In this document: one piece after another, positions 9,232 through 19,412 of the stretch
How the letters are laid out: each line of letters opens with the position of its first letter
Numbering within the stretch: the stretch's first letter is position 1
Assembly (NCBI RefSeq): GCF_000372725.1
Contig: NW_005201338.1
Span: 290,041-354,040, forward strand
Source: Emiliania huxleyi CCMP1516
Taxonomy: Eukaryota
DNA: 64,000 bases
Direction of reading: 5' to 3'
Notes under the pieces: model-generated
What the model was told of the DNA's origin: nothing
The model's database searches: none
What the model saw: only the letters and a program-made list of their open reading frames with translations
Translations under genes and position numbers: made by a program

Positions 9232-12200
9232 ATGGAAGATCCTGAGCAAACGGAGCGCGTGACGACAGCAGCTATTGACGGCGATGTCGATGCACTGCGC
9301 TCGCTCGCTGAACAGTGCGGCAGCAAGGTGCTGATGGCAGCTTCGGCAGACGGCAGCACACCGGCACACGCCGCCGCTGCAAACGGCCGACTCGACGTGC
9401 TCCGCTTACTTGTTGAGCAGTGCGGCCCAGAGGTGTTGACGGCTGCGGCGGCGGACGGCAGCTCGCCAGCACACGCCGCCGCTGCGAACGGCCACGTCGG
9501 CGTGCTCCGCTTCCTCTGTGAGCAGTGCGGGCCAGAGCTGCTGACGATTGCGATGGCGGACGGTGTGACGCCCGCGTACGCCGCCGCCCTCGGCGGTTAC
9601 GTCGACGCGCTCCGCTTCCTCTCCGAGCAGTGCGGCAGCGAGGTGCTGACGGCCGCGAAAGCGGACGGCGGCATGCCAGCGCACGCCGCCCTTGGTGGCC
9701 ATGTCGACGCGCTCCGCTTCCTCGTTGAGCGGTATGGCAGCGAGTTGCTGACGGCTGCTGTTGCGGGCGGCAGCACGCCAGCTCACGCCGCCGCACTCAA
9801 CGGCCATGTCGACACGCTCCGCTTCCTCGCAGAGCAGTGCGGCAGCGAGGCGCTGAGCGCTGCGGACGTGGCTGGCTGGACCCCAGTGCAGACCGCCGCT
9901 CTCGGTGGCCATATTGAGGCGCTCCGCTATCTCGCCGATCAGTGCGGCCTTGAGCTACTAACGGCTGCGAGACCGAATGGCAGCACGCCAGCTCACACCG
10001 CCGCTTTTGCTGGCCACGCCGACGTGCTCCGCTTTCTCTCCGAGCAGTGCGGCAGTGAGGTGCTGACGGCTGCGAGGGCGGACAATTTGACGCCAGCTCA
10101 CGCCGCCGCTCGCAGAGGCAACACTGACGCGCTCCGCTATCTCTTCGAGCAGTGCGGGCCAGAGGTGCTGACGGCTGCGGATGCGGACAGTGTGACGCCA
10201 GCACACATCGCCGCTCTCGACGGCCATGTCGACACGCTCCGCTATCTCTTCGAGCAGTGCGGCAGCGAGGTACTGACGGCTGCGATCAAGGACGGGCGCA
10301 CGCCAGCTCACTTCGCCGCTGCGAACGGCCACGTCGACGCGCTCCGCTTCGTTGTGGAGGAGTGCGGCAGCGAGGTGCTGACGGCTGCGACGGCGGGTGG
10401 CAACATGCTCGCGAATGCCGCCGCTCTTGCCGGCCATGTCGACGTGCTCCGCTTCCTCTCCGAGCAGTGCGGCCCTGAGGTGCTTGTGGCAGCAAGTGCG
10501 AACGGCTTCAGGCCGGCGCACGACGCTGCGCAGGAGGGCCACGTCGACGCACTTCGCTTTATTGTCGAGCAGTGCGGCAGCGAGGTGCTGACGGTTGCCA
10601 GGGCGAATGGCAGCACACCGGCTCACGCCGCCGCTGCGAACGGCCATGTCGACGCGCTCCGCTATCTCGCCGAGCAATGCGGGCCAGAGCTGCTGACGGC
10701 TGCGAGGGCGGACAGTGCGACGCCAGCACACATCGCCGCTCTCGACGGCCATGTCGACGTGCTCCGCTTCCTCTCCGAGCAGTGCGGCAGCGAGGTACTG
10801 ACGGCTGCGATCAAGGACGGGCGCACGCCAGCACACTCCGCCGCTGCGAACGGCCACGTTGACGTGCTCCGCTTCCTTGTGGAGGAGTGCGGCAGCGAGG
10901 TGCTGACGGCTGCTGATGAGGGCGGTTGGACGCCCGCATACGCCGCCGCTCTCGAGGGCCATGTCGACACGCTCCGTTTCGTTGTGGAGCAGTGCGGCAG
11001 CGAGGTACTGACGGCTGCTGATGAGGACGGTTGGATGCCCGCGTACGCCGCCGCTCTCGGCGGCCATGTCGACACGCTCCGTTTCGTTGTGGAGCAGTGC
11101 GGCAGCGAGGTGCTGACGGCTGCGATCAAGGACGGGCTCACGCCAGCTCACTTCGCCGCTGCGAACGGCCACGTTGACGCGCTCCGCTTCGTTGTGGAGG
11201 AGTGCGGCAGCGAGGTGCTGACGGCTGCGACGGCGGGTGGCAACATGCTCGCGAATGCCGCCGCTCTTGCCGGCCATGTCGACGTGCTCCGCTTCCTCTC
11301 CGAGCAGTGCGGCCCTGAGGTGCTTGCGGCAGCAAGTGCGAACGGCTTCAGGCCGGCGCACGACGCTGCGCAGGAGGGCCACGTCGACGCACTTCGCTTT
11401 ATTGTCGAGCAGTGCGGCAGCGAGGTGCTGACGGTTGCCAGGGCGAATGGCAGCACACCGGCTCACGCCGCCGCTGCGAACGGCCATGTCGACGCGCTCC
11501 GCTATCTCGCCGAGCAATGCGGGCCAGAGCTGCTGATGGCTGCTGATGAGGACGGTTGGACGCCCGCATACGCCGCCGCTCTCGGCGGCCATGTCGACAC
11601 GCTCCGCTATCTCTTCGAGCAGTGCGGCGGAGAGGTGCTGACGGCTGCGATCAAGGACGGGCGCACGCCAGCACACTCCGCCGCTGCGAACGGCCACGTT
11701 GACGCGCTCCGCTTCCTTGTGGAGGAGTGCGGCAGCGAGGTGCTGACGGCTGCTGATGAGGACGGTTGGACGCCCGCATACGCCGCCGCTCGCAGAGGCC
11801 ATGTCGACACGCTCCGCTATCTCTTCGAGCAGTGCGGCAGCGAGGTGCTGACGGCTGCTGATGAGGACGGTTGGACGCCCGCATACGCCGCCGCTCGCAG
11901 AGGCCATGTCGACACGCTCCGCTATCTCTTCGAGCAGTGCGGCGGAGAGGTGCTGACGGCTGCGATCAAGGACGGGCGCACGCCAGTACACTCCGCCGCT
12001 GCGAACGGCCACGTTGACGCGCTCCGCTTCCTTGTGGAGGAGTGCGGCAGCGAGGTGCTGACGGCTGCTGATGAGGACGGTTGGACGCCCGCATACGCCG
12101 CCGCTGTCAATGGCCAGGTCGACGTGCTCCGCCTTCTCGCCGAGCAGTGCGGCAGCGAGGCGCTGACGGCTGCGAATGCGAACGGCTACACGCCAGCGCA

Positions 12201-15200
12201 CAGGGCCGCTGCGCATGGCCATGTCGACGTGCTTCGCTTCCTCGCCGAGCAGTGCGGCAGCGAGGTGCTGACGGCTGCGATCAAGGATGGCGACACGCCA
12301 GCGCACGCCGCCGCTGACAGTGGCCATGTCGACGTACTCCGCTTCCTCTCCGAGCAGTGCGGCAGCGAGGTGCTGACAGCTACGAACGCGGGTGGCTGGA
12401 CCCCGGTGCACAGAGCTGCTCTCGGTGGCCACGTCGACGCTCTCCGCTATCTCGCCGAGCAATGCGGGCCAGAGCTGCTGACGGCATCGGACGGCAGTAG
12501 TCCAGCGCGCATCGCCGCAGTAAGGGGCAAGGTTGACGCACTCCGCTTCATCGTCGACCTGTCAGCCCAGTCGATTCCTACCGTTCTTCTCGACGCGCTC
12601 AAGAGGAACTCTGAGCACGCTCCGCTCGCCCTCGCCTGGCAGTCCCTGCTCAGCAGCCAGAAGCCCTCATTCTTCTCCTCCCGACCCGACCCTGCAAAGA
12701 TCGAGGCTGCCCTCGCCGCCGCACGGGATGCAGGCGTTGCATCCAGCGAGCTTGACCGTGCAGCAGCTTTGCTACGTGACACAAAGCTGTTGCGCGCGCT
12801 CAACGGCCGCCCTGCCCCCAAGCTGCTGCTATCGACCATCGCGAGCAATGGCCCTGGCGCGAACAAGGCGGTTGTGACGCTGAGTGGCCTACTCGACCCG
12901 CAGAACATGCTGCTCAGTTGGGCGGCGCTAACGGCAGTCGCTGAGAGCCCTGATTTGCCATCTGACGTTCTCACGCCGCTTCTCTCGTGCTTGACGCGCG
13001 CCCGCGCTTACTGGTCGCCCGATGGATGGTCTGAGGACGCAATTGAGTGGGTTACGGCCGCTCTCGCGGCACTCGAAGCCAGCTTCCTCGTTCGCAGCGG
13101 CCCGTTTGAGAACTACCCGGACCTCATCCACGCCCGTCTCATCGGTCTGATGCAAACGACGACGCCCGAGCATCTGCGAGTTCGTGCCGCCTTCGTGCTG
13201 AGCCACGCATACACGCGAGGCTACCCCGCCGATGCGGCCAGCTTCGACGCCTCCGATGCTGCTGGTCTTCTCGCTCGCTCGGTGCGGATCAGTGCCGCTT
13301 GCTCGCCGCCCGCGGTGCTCGCGTCGGCCGCCGGCTTTGCACTGGTCGCCGCAGCCACGGCGGGCTTTGCTGCCGCGCAGCGTGCGCTGGCCAGCCTCGC
13401 TAGCGACAGCACGCTTGGCATTCTGCTTGGCGCGACGATCAGCGTGCCTGCCAACTGCGCCGTCCTGTGGGCGTCGCTCGACCCTGTGCAGCGGTGCATC
13501 GACTTTTACCCGCGCGCGATTGCGCAGCAGCTCGAGGCGGCGCTCGGCAGCGGCAAGGACCGCTGCATGCTCGGCGCCGACTTTTTCAACGCGACCGTCC
13601 ACCTCCCGCCGGACGGCGGCTTTTACCAGACCACGCTCGGGCAGCACATGGGCCGCTCGGGCTATAAGGCGCCGGGCTTCCGCTCGGCGTGCCGCATCGT
13701 GCACCCGCGCAGCGCGCGCACGGTGACGCTGCACGGGCGTCGCGTCCAGGGAGAGTGGCGCCTCGCAGAGAGCGGCGACGACGCCGAGTACAGCTTTGTC
13801 GAGGTCGCGCCGGCGCACTGCATGCTGTGCCGTGAGGCGGCGGAGGAGCTTACGTCCTTGCGTTGGCCAGCCGCTTTGGTTGCAATCGTACATGCCATCC
13901 TCAACGGCACCCAAGGCGGACTCTCCGCAGAGGTTGTGGGTGCCCTGCTATCATGCGCCGGACCAGCGGAGCTGCCTGAGCCTATACATTCCGGCGACTG
14001 GCTCTGCGATGCTGCAGCGCTCCTGTTTGCTGGCCTAAGTGAGCTCGAACACACTAAGGAGACTGCGGAGCTCGTCAAGGCGGCGCGCTGGGTCTGGGAG
14101 CACGCGGCCCAAAGCCGGCTGCTTCGCGACGGACACCCATGGCAGCCACTACTTTTGCAGAGCATGCAGCGCGCCGCCGACCGCATTGAGGAGCTTGAGG
14201 CTCGTGCGGCTAGGCATGACCAAGAGGATCTGCTGCAAATCGTGAGCGGCGCTGTGGCGGTGGCAGAGGTGGCGACAAAGCATTGCGCAGTCGGCGTCGT
14301 CGACTCGGCTCCCGCCCGCATCCTGAGTGAGCTTCGCAGCCTCGAGCGTACTTTGCAGAACGAAAAGTTCGAGCTGATGGTCTACGGCGTGTACAGCGTT
14401 GGCAAGAGCAGGCTGCTGCAGACAGGCTACCCGGGTCTGAAGAATATGCTGCCTGTCTCCTCTAAGGAGTGCACCGCGCACCTGATCAAAATTGACGTCG
14501 GCAGTGATGGCCAGCGCGGCGAAAGCGATGCCGAGCTACATTTCGACTGGCAGTCCGTTGTTAAAATGGACTCGACGCTGCGCGATTTGCTTCCAGACAA
14601 GGTTCGCCGCTTTCTTGAGGAGCCGCACGTCCGAGAGTTCATCGATGGCTTTCTGATGGAAGACGAGCAGCAATCGCCCCCAACGTTACCGCTTTCAGAG
14701 GAGGAGGTCAGCGCGTGGGCTCGCGTCGATGGCGGCAGCGATAGTACGAGCATCAAGGCCCTTGCTAGCGTGGTTGATCACATCGCGGTCAGCGTCACGG
14801 TAGACGCCGACTGCCCGCGGTACAACATCATCGACGCCCCTGGGCTTGGGGCCGACAAGAGCCGACGCGACATCGCAGAGCGCCACCTGCGCAAGTGTGA
14901 CGTGCCCATCGTCATCGCCTCCTTCATCGACCTCAGCCTCGAGCCGCTTCAAGAGGCGCTGCGGCAAATCAAGGCCAGCGGCCATCAGCCAATTATCGTC
15001 ATCACGAAGCTCGACGAGCAGTACACGCGGCTCGGTGAAGACCATCCCAGCCAAGACCTGTCCGCCCTTATGGAGGCAAGTATGGCGGACGCACGGCGGA
15101 TCTTCGTTCAGGCCGGTTTCCGAGAGTCAGATGTCCACTTCGTTTCCGCGTACTGGTTCGAGTTCTCGAAGGATCGGCAACGTGCTGCGCGAGTGCGCGC

Positions 15201-18117
15201 CGCGCTTGAGACTGCGGGTCTGCCGTCCGACGAGGACGAGTCGACTGCTCGCGAAACCCTGCGCCGCCTATCCGGGATCGACGCCTTTTGGGATGCCGTC
15301 GACGAGCTAGTCATGCGCGATGCGGCCAGACGACGTGCTGGGAGGGTTTGCGAAGAGCTGGCGCAGCACCTCTCCCAGCTGCTTGGCATGCTCCTCGACC
15401 AGGACGGCTTGCTGAGCGGAGTCAGGCCAAACGCGGATGATCCAGAGTGGCGTGCCGACGTGCAACGCACTTCCGTGGCAGCTAAGGGGACTCTCGATGC
15501 AGCGCTAGACGCGATGCAGTCCGAGTGCTCCGACGCAATCGCAGAGACTGCCACGCGGATGCGGAAGGGGCTGACGGAGCTGGTCCTCGAGCTTCAGAAG
15601 ATGTGTGCCGGGGGATCCACCATCGACCAGCTCTCAGCTCGCCTGCAGCAGCGCTTTGCCGAGCTGCAGCAGACGCTTGCCCCTTACCAAGGGTGGGAGA
15701 TGGCGGGAAATAAGATGCGAGACCATCTCGAGCGTGCAGGTGAGCAGCTGGCCGAGCTGCTTCGAAAGCACTTTCCCGGCTCCGTCCACTCGCTGCTGCT
15801 TTCGTCGTCGCAGCTGCAAACGCCTGCAATCACCGATGCGCCCTCGAGTATCACGACGCCCAACGTCACGCGGAATGTGGCGGGTGCAGTTGCAGGGGCT
15901 GTGCTCGAGATCGTCGCCCTCTGCGCGCTCCCAGTCATTGCAACAGCGATTACCGGCGGCGCCGTTGCGCCGCTCCTAGCCCCGGTGGTAAGGAGTGCAT
16001 TACCGAGTGCAGTGGCTGCTGGCATTCAAGTCTACCAGGCCGAGGCCGGACGCGACCTGCCTGCGGAGTGGGTGCGCGAGTGCGAGGAGGCAAAGAGCGG
16101 GTGGATCCGAGACTTTGAGCGCGGTCTTCGTCGCCAGCTGGAGGTCTGGAGGCGGCAGGTGAGCGCAGCTGTTGTCAGTCAACTCGATAGCTGGATCGAT
16201 GGCATTCAGGCAGCAGCCAGCCTGCCCCCTGATCAGCTCCAGCCTTCCCAGGCTGACATCCGTGCCGCCGGCGAGCAAGGACAGGTACTGCTGTCGGATG
16301 CTGTCGCGTTGCTGGATCGCCTCAGCGGTAATGTTGTCTCGGATGGTGCAGAGATCAACATTGTGCGCCTCGGTGCTCGCGTGCGACGGCTGAAAGCGAG
16401 TGCCAAACGATGGCTCGACATCGATCTGCAGCTTGCCGATCCCTCAGAGGAAGCGGCGCGTGAGCGACGGGAGGATACCCAAAGGCAAACCACAGACAGC
16501 TACGCCTTTCTTGCATCGGTCCTGACGACTGAGCTCCGGCGCCATGGCTCGGAGCTCGAGGCGACTCAGACGCTACGAGCGCCATCAAGCCGCCCGCAGC
16601 CCCCGCAGCCCCCGCAGCCCCCGCGTGGCGCTCCTCGTCCCACGGCTGCAGCGCAGGAGATCGCGCGGCACGCGCTCCTGGCTCGGCTGAGCGATGAGGT
16701 ATACTCTCGACACGACGCGGGTGAGGTGCTCTTCTTGAAGAGCGCCGATGACCCGAGTGTCGACGAGCAGGTGGAGGTGCTGCACTTCAGCTCTGCTGGC
16801 GGCGGCACCTGGAAGGTGCCGCAGTGGGCAGTCTTCCGTACCGCAGGCCGCGCTGACGGCGACTTTGTGGCTCTCGTCTTCAAAGGCACGGAGGCCCCGA
16901 CCGAATGGGTGGTGGACTTTGCGTGTGTGTCTCGCGAGGCCGGCGGCGGGCTGAAGCTCCACGCCGGCATCTCTGGCAACTTGCGATCGCACATCGCGGC
17001 TGTGGAGTCCGCGATCGCCCGCTCGACGACAGACGCCGGCGCTCTGCCGCTCTACTTCTCCGGCCACTCGCTCGGAGGCGCGTACGCCATGTGCGCCTTC
17101 TACATGGTTGCGCCGACTCTCTCGCAGCGGGTCGCCGGCGTTGTCGGATTTGGTGCCCCGCTCGTGACCGTCGCCGGAGGCCCGCCCGAGATCGTGCTGA
17201 CGGCTAAGCTGCGGTTCTTGACCTACGTGTCGGGCAACGACATCGTGCCACGCTCCCTGTTCAAGCCGAATGCTGAGAAGTTGCTCGCCTTTGCTCGCCG
17301 TTTGGGCAAGAGCCAGGCATTGTCTACCGTCTCCAACGCCATGCCGACATTTGACATGATTGGCCAGTTCCGCGCGCTGCCGGGAGCGGTCGAGCGACCC
17401 CCTTCCGAGCTGCTGCGGATTCGGCCAGATGCGCCGCTGACGTCGCACATCGACGACCACGCGTGCCGCGGCTATGCACGACTGCTTGATGAGTGCGCAC
17501 TCGAGCTGCTGCCGAGTGCTACGTCCACACCGATGGCACCGGCACCGTCACCGACGGAGGCGGCGGTGGTGGTGATGTCGGCGGCGGCAGCGGCGGCAGC
17601 GGCGGCAGCGGCAACAGCAGCGTTGGCGGAGACAGAGGCGCGGACGGCGGGGACGGCGACGGCGTCTACGTCTATCGAGGCTCCTTTCCCGACGGCGCAG
17701 CAGGAGCTGGCGCAGGCGCTCGAGGCGTCGGAAGGACGGTCGCAGGTGGCTGAAGATCGTGACCTGGCGCACGGCATCGAAGAGTCGCTTCGAACCGACG
17801 GCCCGTCCCCCTTCGCTTCGGCCGCCGCCGCCGTACAAGGCGAGGCGGGCTCAATGGGCTCCTCCATGTCAGTTTCAGCGGCCGAGTCAGCGTCGACGGT
17901 GCAAGCATCCCCGATGAACTCTCCTCGAGGGCGGGCAATGGTGGCGCTTCTCGAGGACGCTAAGCTCACCGCTTATGCGAGTGTGCTGCACGATGCCGGA
18001 TATTATGAGCTGACTGATCTCAGAGAGGCCGACGACGCAGACCTCGGCGAGCTCGGAGTGGGACTCAAGAAACCCGAGATCAAAAGATTGCGACGCTATC
18101 TCGAGAAACAAGTCTGA
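9232..18117 (+). CDS. Giant multidomain protein: ankyrin array - WWE-like - dynamin-like GTPase - hydrophobic hairpin - class-3 lipase - SAM
   Basis: Uninterrupted 2961-aa ORF; TPAH.AA..GH repeats; G1 GVYSVGKS (14386), G3 DAPG (14833), G4 TKLD (15004), FVSA; lipase FKGT, GHSLGG (17062), FGAP, NDIVP; C-terminal SAM-like YASVLHDAGYYELTDL...LGELGVGLKKPEIKRL. Confidence 0.9.
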   Translation: MEDPEQTERVTTAAIDGDVDALRSLAEQCGSKVLMAASADGSTPAHAAAANGRLDVLRLLVEQCGPEVLTAAAADGSSPAHAAAANGHVGVLRFLCEQCGPELLTIAMADGVTPAYAAALGGYVDALRFLSEQCGSEVLTAAKADGGMPAHAALGGHVDALRFLVERYGSELLTAAVAGGSTPAHAAALNGHVDTLRFLAEQCGSEALSAADVAGWTPVQTAALGGHIEALRYLADQCGLELLTAARPNGSTPAHTAAFAGHADVLRFLSEQCGSEVLTAARADNLTPAHAAARRGNTDALRYLFEQCGPEVLTAADADSVTPAHIAALDGHVDTLRYLFEQCGSEVLTAAIKDGRTPAHFAAANGHVDALRFVVEECGSEVLTAATAGGNMLANAAALAGHVDVLRFLSEQCGPEVLVAASANGFRPAHDAAQEGHVDALRFIVEQCGSEVLTVARANGSTPAHAAAANGHVDALRYLAEQCGPELLTAARADSATPAHIAALDGHVDVLRFLSEQCGSEVLTAAIKDGRTPAHSAAANGHVDVLRFLVEECGSEVLTAADEGGWTPAYAAALEGHVDTLRFVVEQCGSEVLTAADEDGWMPAYAAALGGHVDTLRFVVEQCGSEVLTAAIKDGLTPAHFAAANGHVDALRFVVEECGSEVLTAATAGGNMLANAAALAGHVDVLRFLSEQCGPEVLAAASANGFRPAHDAAQEGHVDALRFIVEQCGSEVLTVARANGSTPAHAAAANGHVDALRYLAEQCGPELLMAADEDGWTPAYAAALGGHVDTLRYLFEQCGGEVLTAAIKDGRTPAHSAAANGHVDALRFLVEECGSEVLTAADEDGWTPAYAAARRGHVDTLRYLFEQCGSEVLTAADEDGWTPAYAAARRGHVDTLRYLFEQCGGEVLTAAIKDGRTPVHSAAANGHVDALRFLVEECGSEVLTAADEDGWTPAYAAAVNGQVDVLRLLAEQCGSEALTAANANGYTPAHRAAAHGHVDVLRFLAEQCGSEVLTAAIKDGDTPAHAAADSGHVDVLRFLSEQCGSEVLTATNAGGWTPVHRAALGGHVDALRYLAEQCGPELLTASDGSSPARIAAVRGKVDALRFIVDLSAQSIPTVLLDALKRNSEHAPLALAWQSLLSSQKPSFFSSRPDPAKIEAALAAARDAGVASSELDRAAALLRDTKLLRALNGRPAPKLLLSTIASNGPGANKAVVTLSGLLDPQNMLLSWAALTAVAESPDLPSDVLTPLLSCLTRARAYWSPDGWSEDAIEWVTAALAALEASFLVRSGPFENYPDLIHARLIGLMQTTTPEHLRVRAAFVLSHAYTRGYPADAASFDASDAAGLLARSVRISAACSPPAVLASAAGFALVAAATAGFAAAQRALASLASDSTLGILLGATISVPANCAVLWASLDPVQRCIDFYPRAIAQQLEAALGSGKDRCMLGADFFNATVHLPPDGGFYQTTLGQHMGRSGYKAPGFRSACRIVHPRSARTVTLHGRRVQGEWRLAESGDDAEYSFVEVAPAHCMLCREAAEELTSLRWPAALVAIVHAILNGTQGGLSAEVVGALLSCAGPAELPEPIHSGDWLCDAAALLFAGLSELEHTKETAELVKAARWVWEHAAQSRLLRDGHPWQPLLLQSMQRAADRIEELEARAARHDQEDLLQIVSGAVAVAEVATKHCAVGVVDSAPARILSELRSLERTLQNEKFELMVYGVYSVGKSRLLQTGYPGLKNMLPVSSKECTAHLIKIDVGSDGQRGESDAELHFDWQSVVKMDSTLRDLLPDKVRRFLEEPHVREFIDGFLMEDEQQSPPTLPLSEEEVSAWARVDGGSDSTSIKALASVVDHIAVSVTVDADCPRYNIIDAPGLGADKSRRDIAERHLRKCDVPIVIASFIDLSLEPLQEALRQIKASGHQPIIVITKLDEQYTRLGEDHPSQDLSALMEASMADARRIFVQAGFRESDVHFVSAYWFEFSKDRQRAARVRAALETAGLPSDEDESTARETLRRLSGIDAFWDAVDELVMRDAARRRAGRVCEELAQHLSQLLGMLLDQDGLLSGVRPNADDPEWRADVQRTSVAAKGTLDAALDAMQSECSDAIAETATRMRKGLTELVLELQKMCAGGSTIDQLSARLQQRFAELQQTLAPYQGWEMAGNKMRDHLERAGEQLAELLRKHFPGSVHSLLLSSSQLQTPAITDAPSSITTPNVTRNVAGAVAGAVLEIVALCALPVIATAITGGAVAPLLAPVVRSALPSAVAAGIQVYQAEAGRDLPAEWVRECEEAKSGWIRDFERGLRRQLEVWRRQVSAAVVSQLDSWIDGIQAAASLPPDQLQPSQADIRAAGEQGQVLLSDAVALLDRLSGNVVSDGAEINIVRLGARVRRLKASAKRWLDIDLQLADPSEEAARERREDTQRQTTDSYAFLASVLTTELRRHGSELEATQTLRAPSSRPQPPQPPQPPRGAPRPTAAAQEIARHALLARLSDEVYSRHDAGEVLFLKSADDPSVDEQVEVLHFSSAGGGTWKVPQWAVFRTAGRADGDFVALVFKGTEAPTEWVVDFACVSREAGGGLKLHAGISGNLRSHIAAVESAIARSTTDAGALPLYFSGHSLGGAYAMCAFYMVAPTLSQRVAGVVGFGAPLVTVAGGPPEIVLTAKLRFLTYVSGNDIVPRSLFKPNAEKLLAFARRLGKSQALSTVSNAMPTFDMIGQFRALPGAVERPPSELLRIRPDAPLTSHIDDHACRGYARLLDECALELLPSATSTPMAPAPSPTEAAVVVMSAAAAAAAAAAATAALAETEARTAGTATASTSIEAPFPTAQQELAQALEASEGRSQVAEDRDLAHGIEESLRTDGPSPFASAAAAVQGEAGSMGSSMSVSAAESASTVQASPMNSPRGRAMVALLEDAKLTAYASVLHDAGYYELTDLREADDADLGELGVGLKKPEIKRLRRYLEKQV
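9256..12560 (+). repeat. 105-bp (35-aa) ankyrin tandem array, ~32 units including caps
   Basis: Units counted in the translation; units 11-14 recur as 19-22 at an 840-bp offset. Confidence 0.95.
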
Positions 18118-18884
18118 AATTGTGGTGGTCCGAGCACCTCTCCTGCGACCTGGGCCGTAGCCCGTTCCCGACTGTACCGTATATTTACCGTGTAAATGCA
18201 TGAGCATGTGTGTACTGTACGGCTCTACGTGTGTAGGCTGCAAGCAGTTACGAGTAGATTTTTTTACTGATTACGCATCATCCCCCCCCACCCCGCCCTC
18301 GACTCAAGGGGCTGCCTTCCACCGTCGCTGCTCAGGCCGGGGGAGGGGGGGAGACCTCCTGTTCCTCGCGGAACGGGAGTAGGCCCCTCCTTGCCCGGTC
18401 TGCGATGCAGGGCGGTGGCCGTGCCATCTTCGCTTCACAAAGACCACGCCGCAATCGTCGCCGGCGCGCGACGCGTTCCCGTAGGCCGGACTGTCCTGGT
18501 CGAGAGTGTGTGCCGCCAAGGCGGGGCTACTCGGGGACAGTGCCGACGGGACGCGGCTCGAGAGACGACTCCCGCGAAAGCACGGCTGGCATCCGTGGCG
18601 TGGGGCTCGCCTTCGAAAAGTCGGGCATGGCTCTCCCCGCAACTCTATCGCTAACACGCGCGCACCACCGAGACTGTGGTGGGCGCGCTGCGGTCGCACG
18701 TCTACCTCCGTCATAGTGCCACGACGTGCGGCCTAGAATTAGCACACGCGCCTCTGCTTGCATACACTCATACATTGGATTGTCATCGCCTGTGAGTGCG
18801 AGATAGGGCTAGCAGTAGGCAGCTAGCCTCTGAGGAGGGCGTCCATAGACACCTCACTAGACCCCACACACGGTCTCGCCCGTG

Positions 18885-19215
18885 CCTCGCCGGCCGGAGA
18901 GATTGCTGGAGGTAGAGCAAGGTAGCCTGCTCTAGCCTCGCATGTCACTTCCTGTTGTCTGTTGTTTGTTGTGCCCTTGTTTGTTCTCTTGGCACCTTGG
19001 AGTGCTGGGGGGGGCGACAGGGAGGATATGGCCTTGAGTTATGTGTACGCCTACTCAGGGTGTGTGGCAGCCCGCTGGCTGTGTGTCTTGTGAGCCTGTT
19101 TGTGTCTGTGTGTCGCTCGTGCGTGTCGTCATCATCTGTCCAGCGTCCACGCATACCGCGTTGGTGTCCAGTCCGAGCCTGGCTGTTCTTCACCTTTCTA
19201 CCTACCTACCTACCT
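18885..19215 (+). mobile_element. Repeat family C: retroelement-like 3' end with (CTAC)n tail
   Basis: Inverted near-identical copy at 63046-63366; related ends at 19468-19640(-) with (ATCT)n and at 36808-36905. Confidence 0.75.
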
Positions 19216-19217
19216 GG

Positions 19218-19412
19218 AGCGCAGAGCTAACCCTCGGGGACCCGTGTATACTTTACGGCCCTTTCCCTGCGAACGCGCACCCCCGGGGCTAGGGCTCTCT
19301 TGCCCGTAACCCGATGCCAATCATCCGGCCCGCTGGGTGCGCTTCTGAGCTCCCTGCCGCCTGGCCCTGGATGTGCGGTTAATGACTGCACTCCAAGTGC
19401 TCCAAGTGCTCC
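19218..19412 (+). mobile_element. Repeat family B: SINE/LINE-tail-like, ending ACTCCAAGTGCTCCAAGTGC
   Basis: Copies at 35513-35705, 36150-36237, 43871-43945(-) and 62658-62800(-). Confidence 0.8.

Noticed and set aside
9958..12462. 834-aa antisense ORF and the many other long overlapping ORFs (e.g. 535-1812, 2800-4038, 40482-41753)
   Set aside because: Shadow frames of GC-rich genes and repeats; no motifs
19218..19412. Family B as a tRNA or other structured RNA gene
   Set aside because: No cloverleaf or A/B boxes seen; copies are variably truncated
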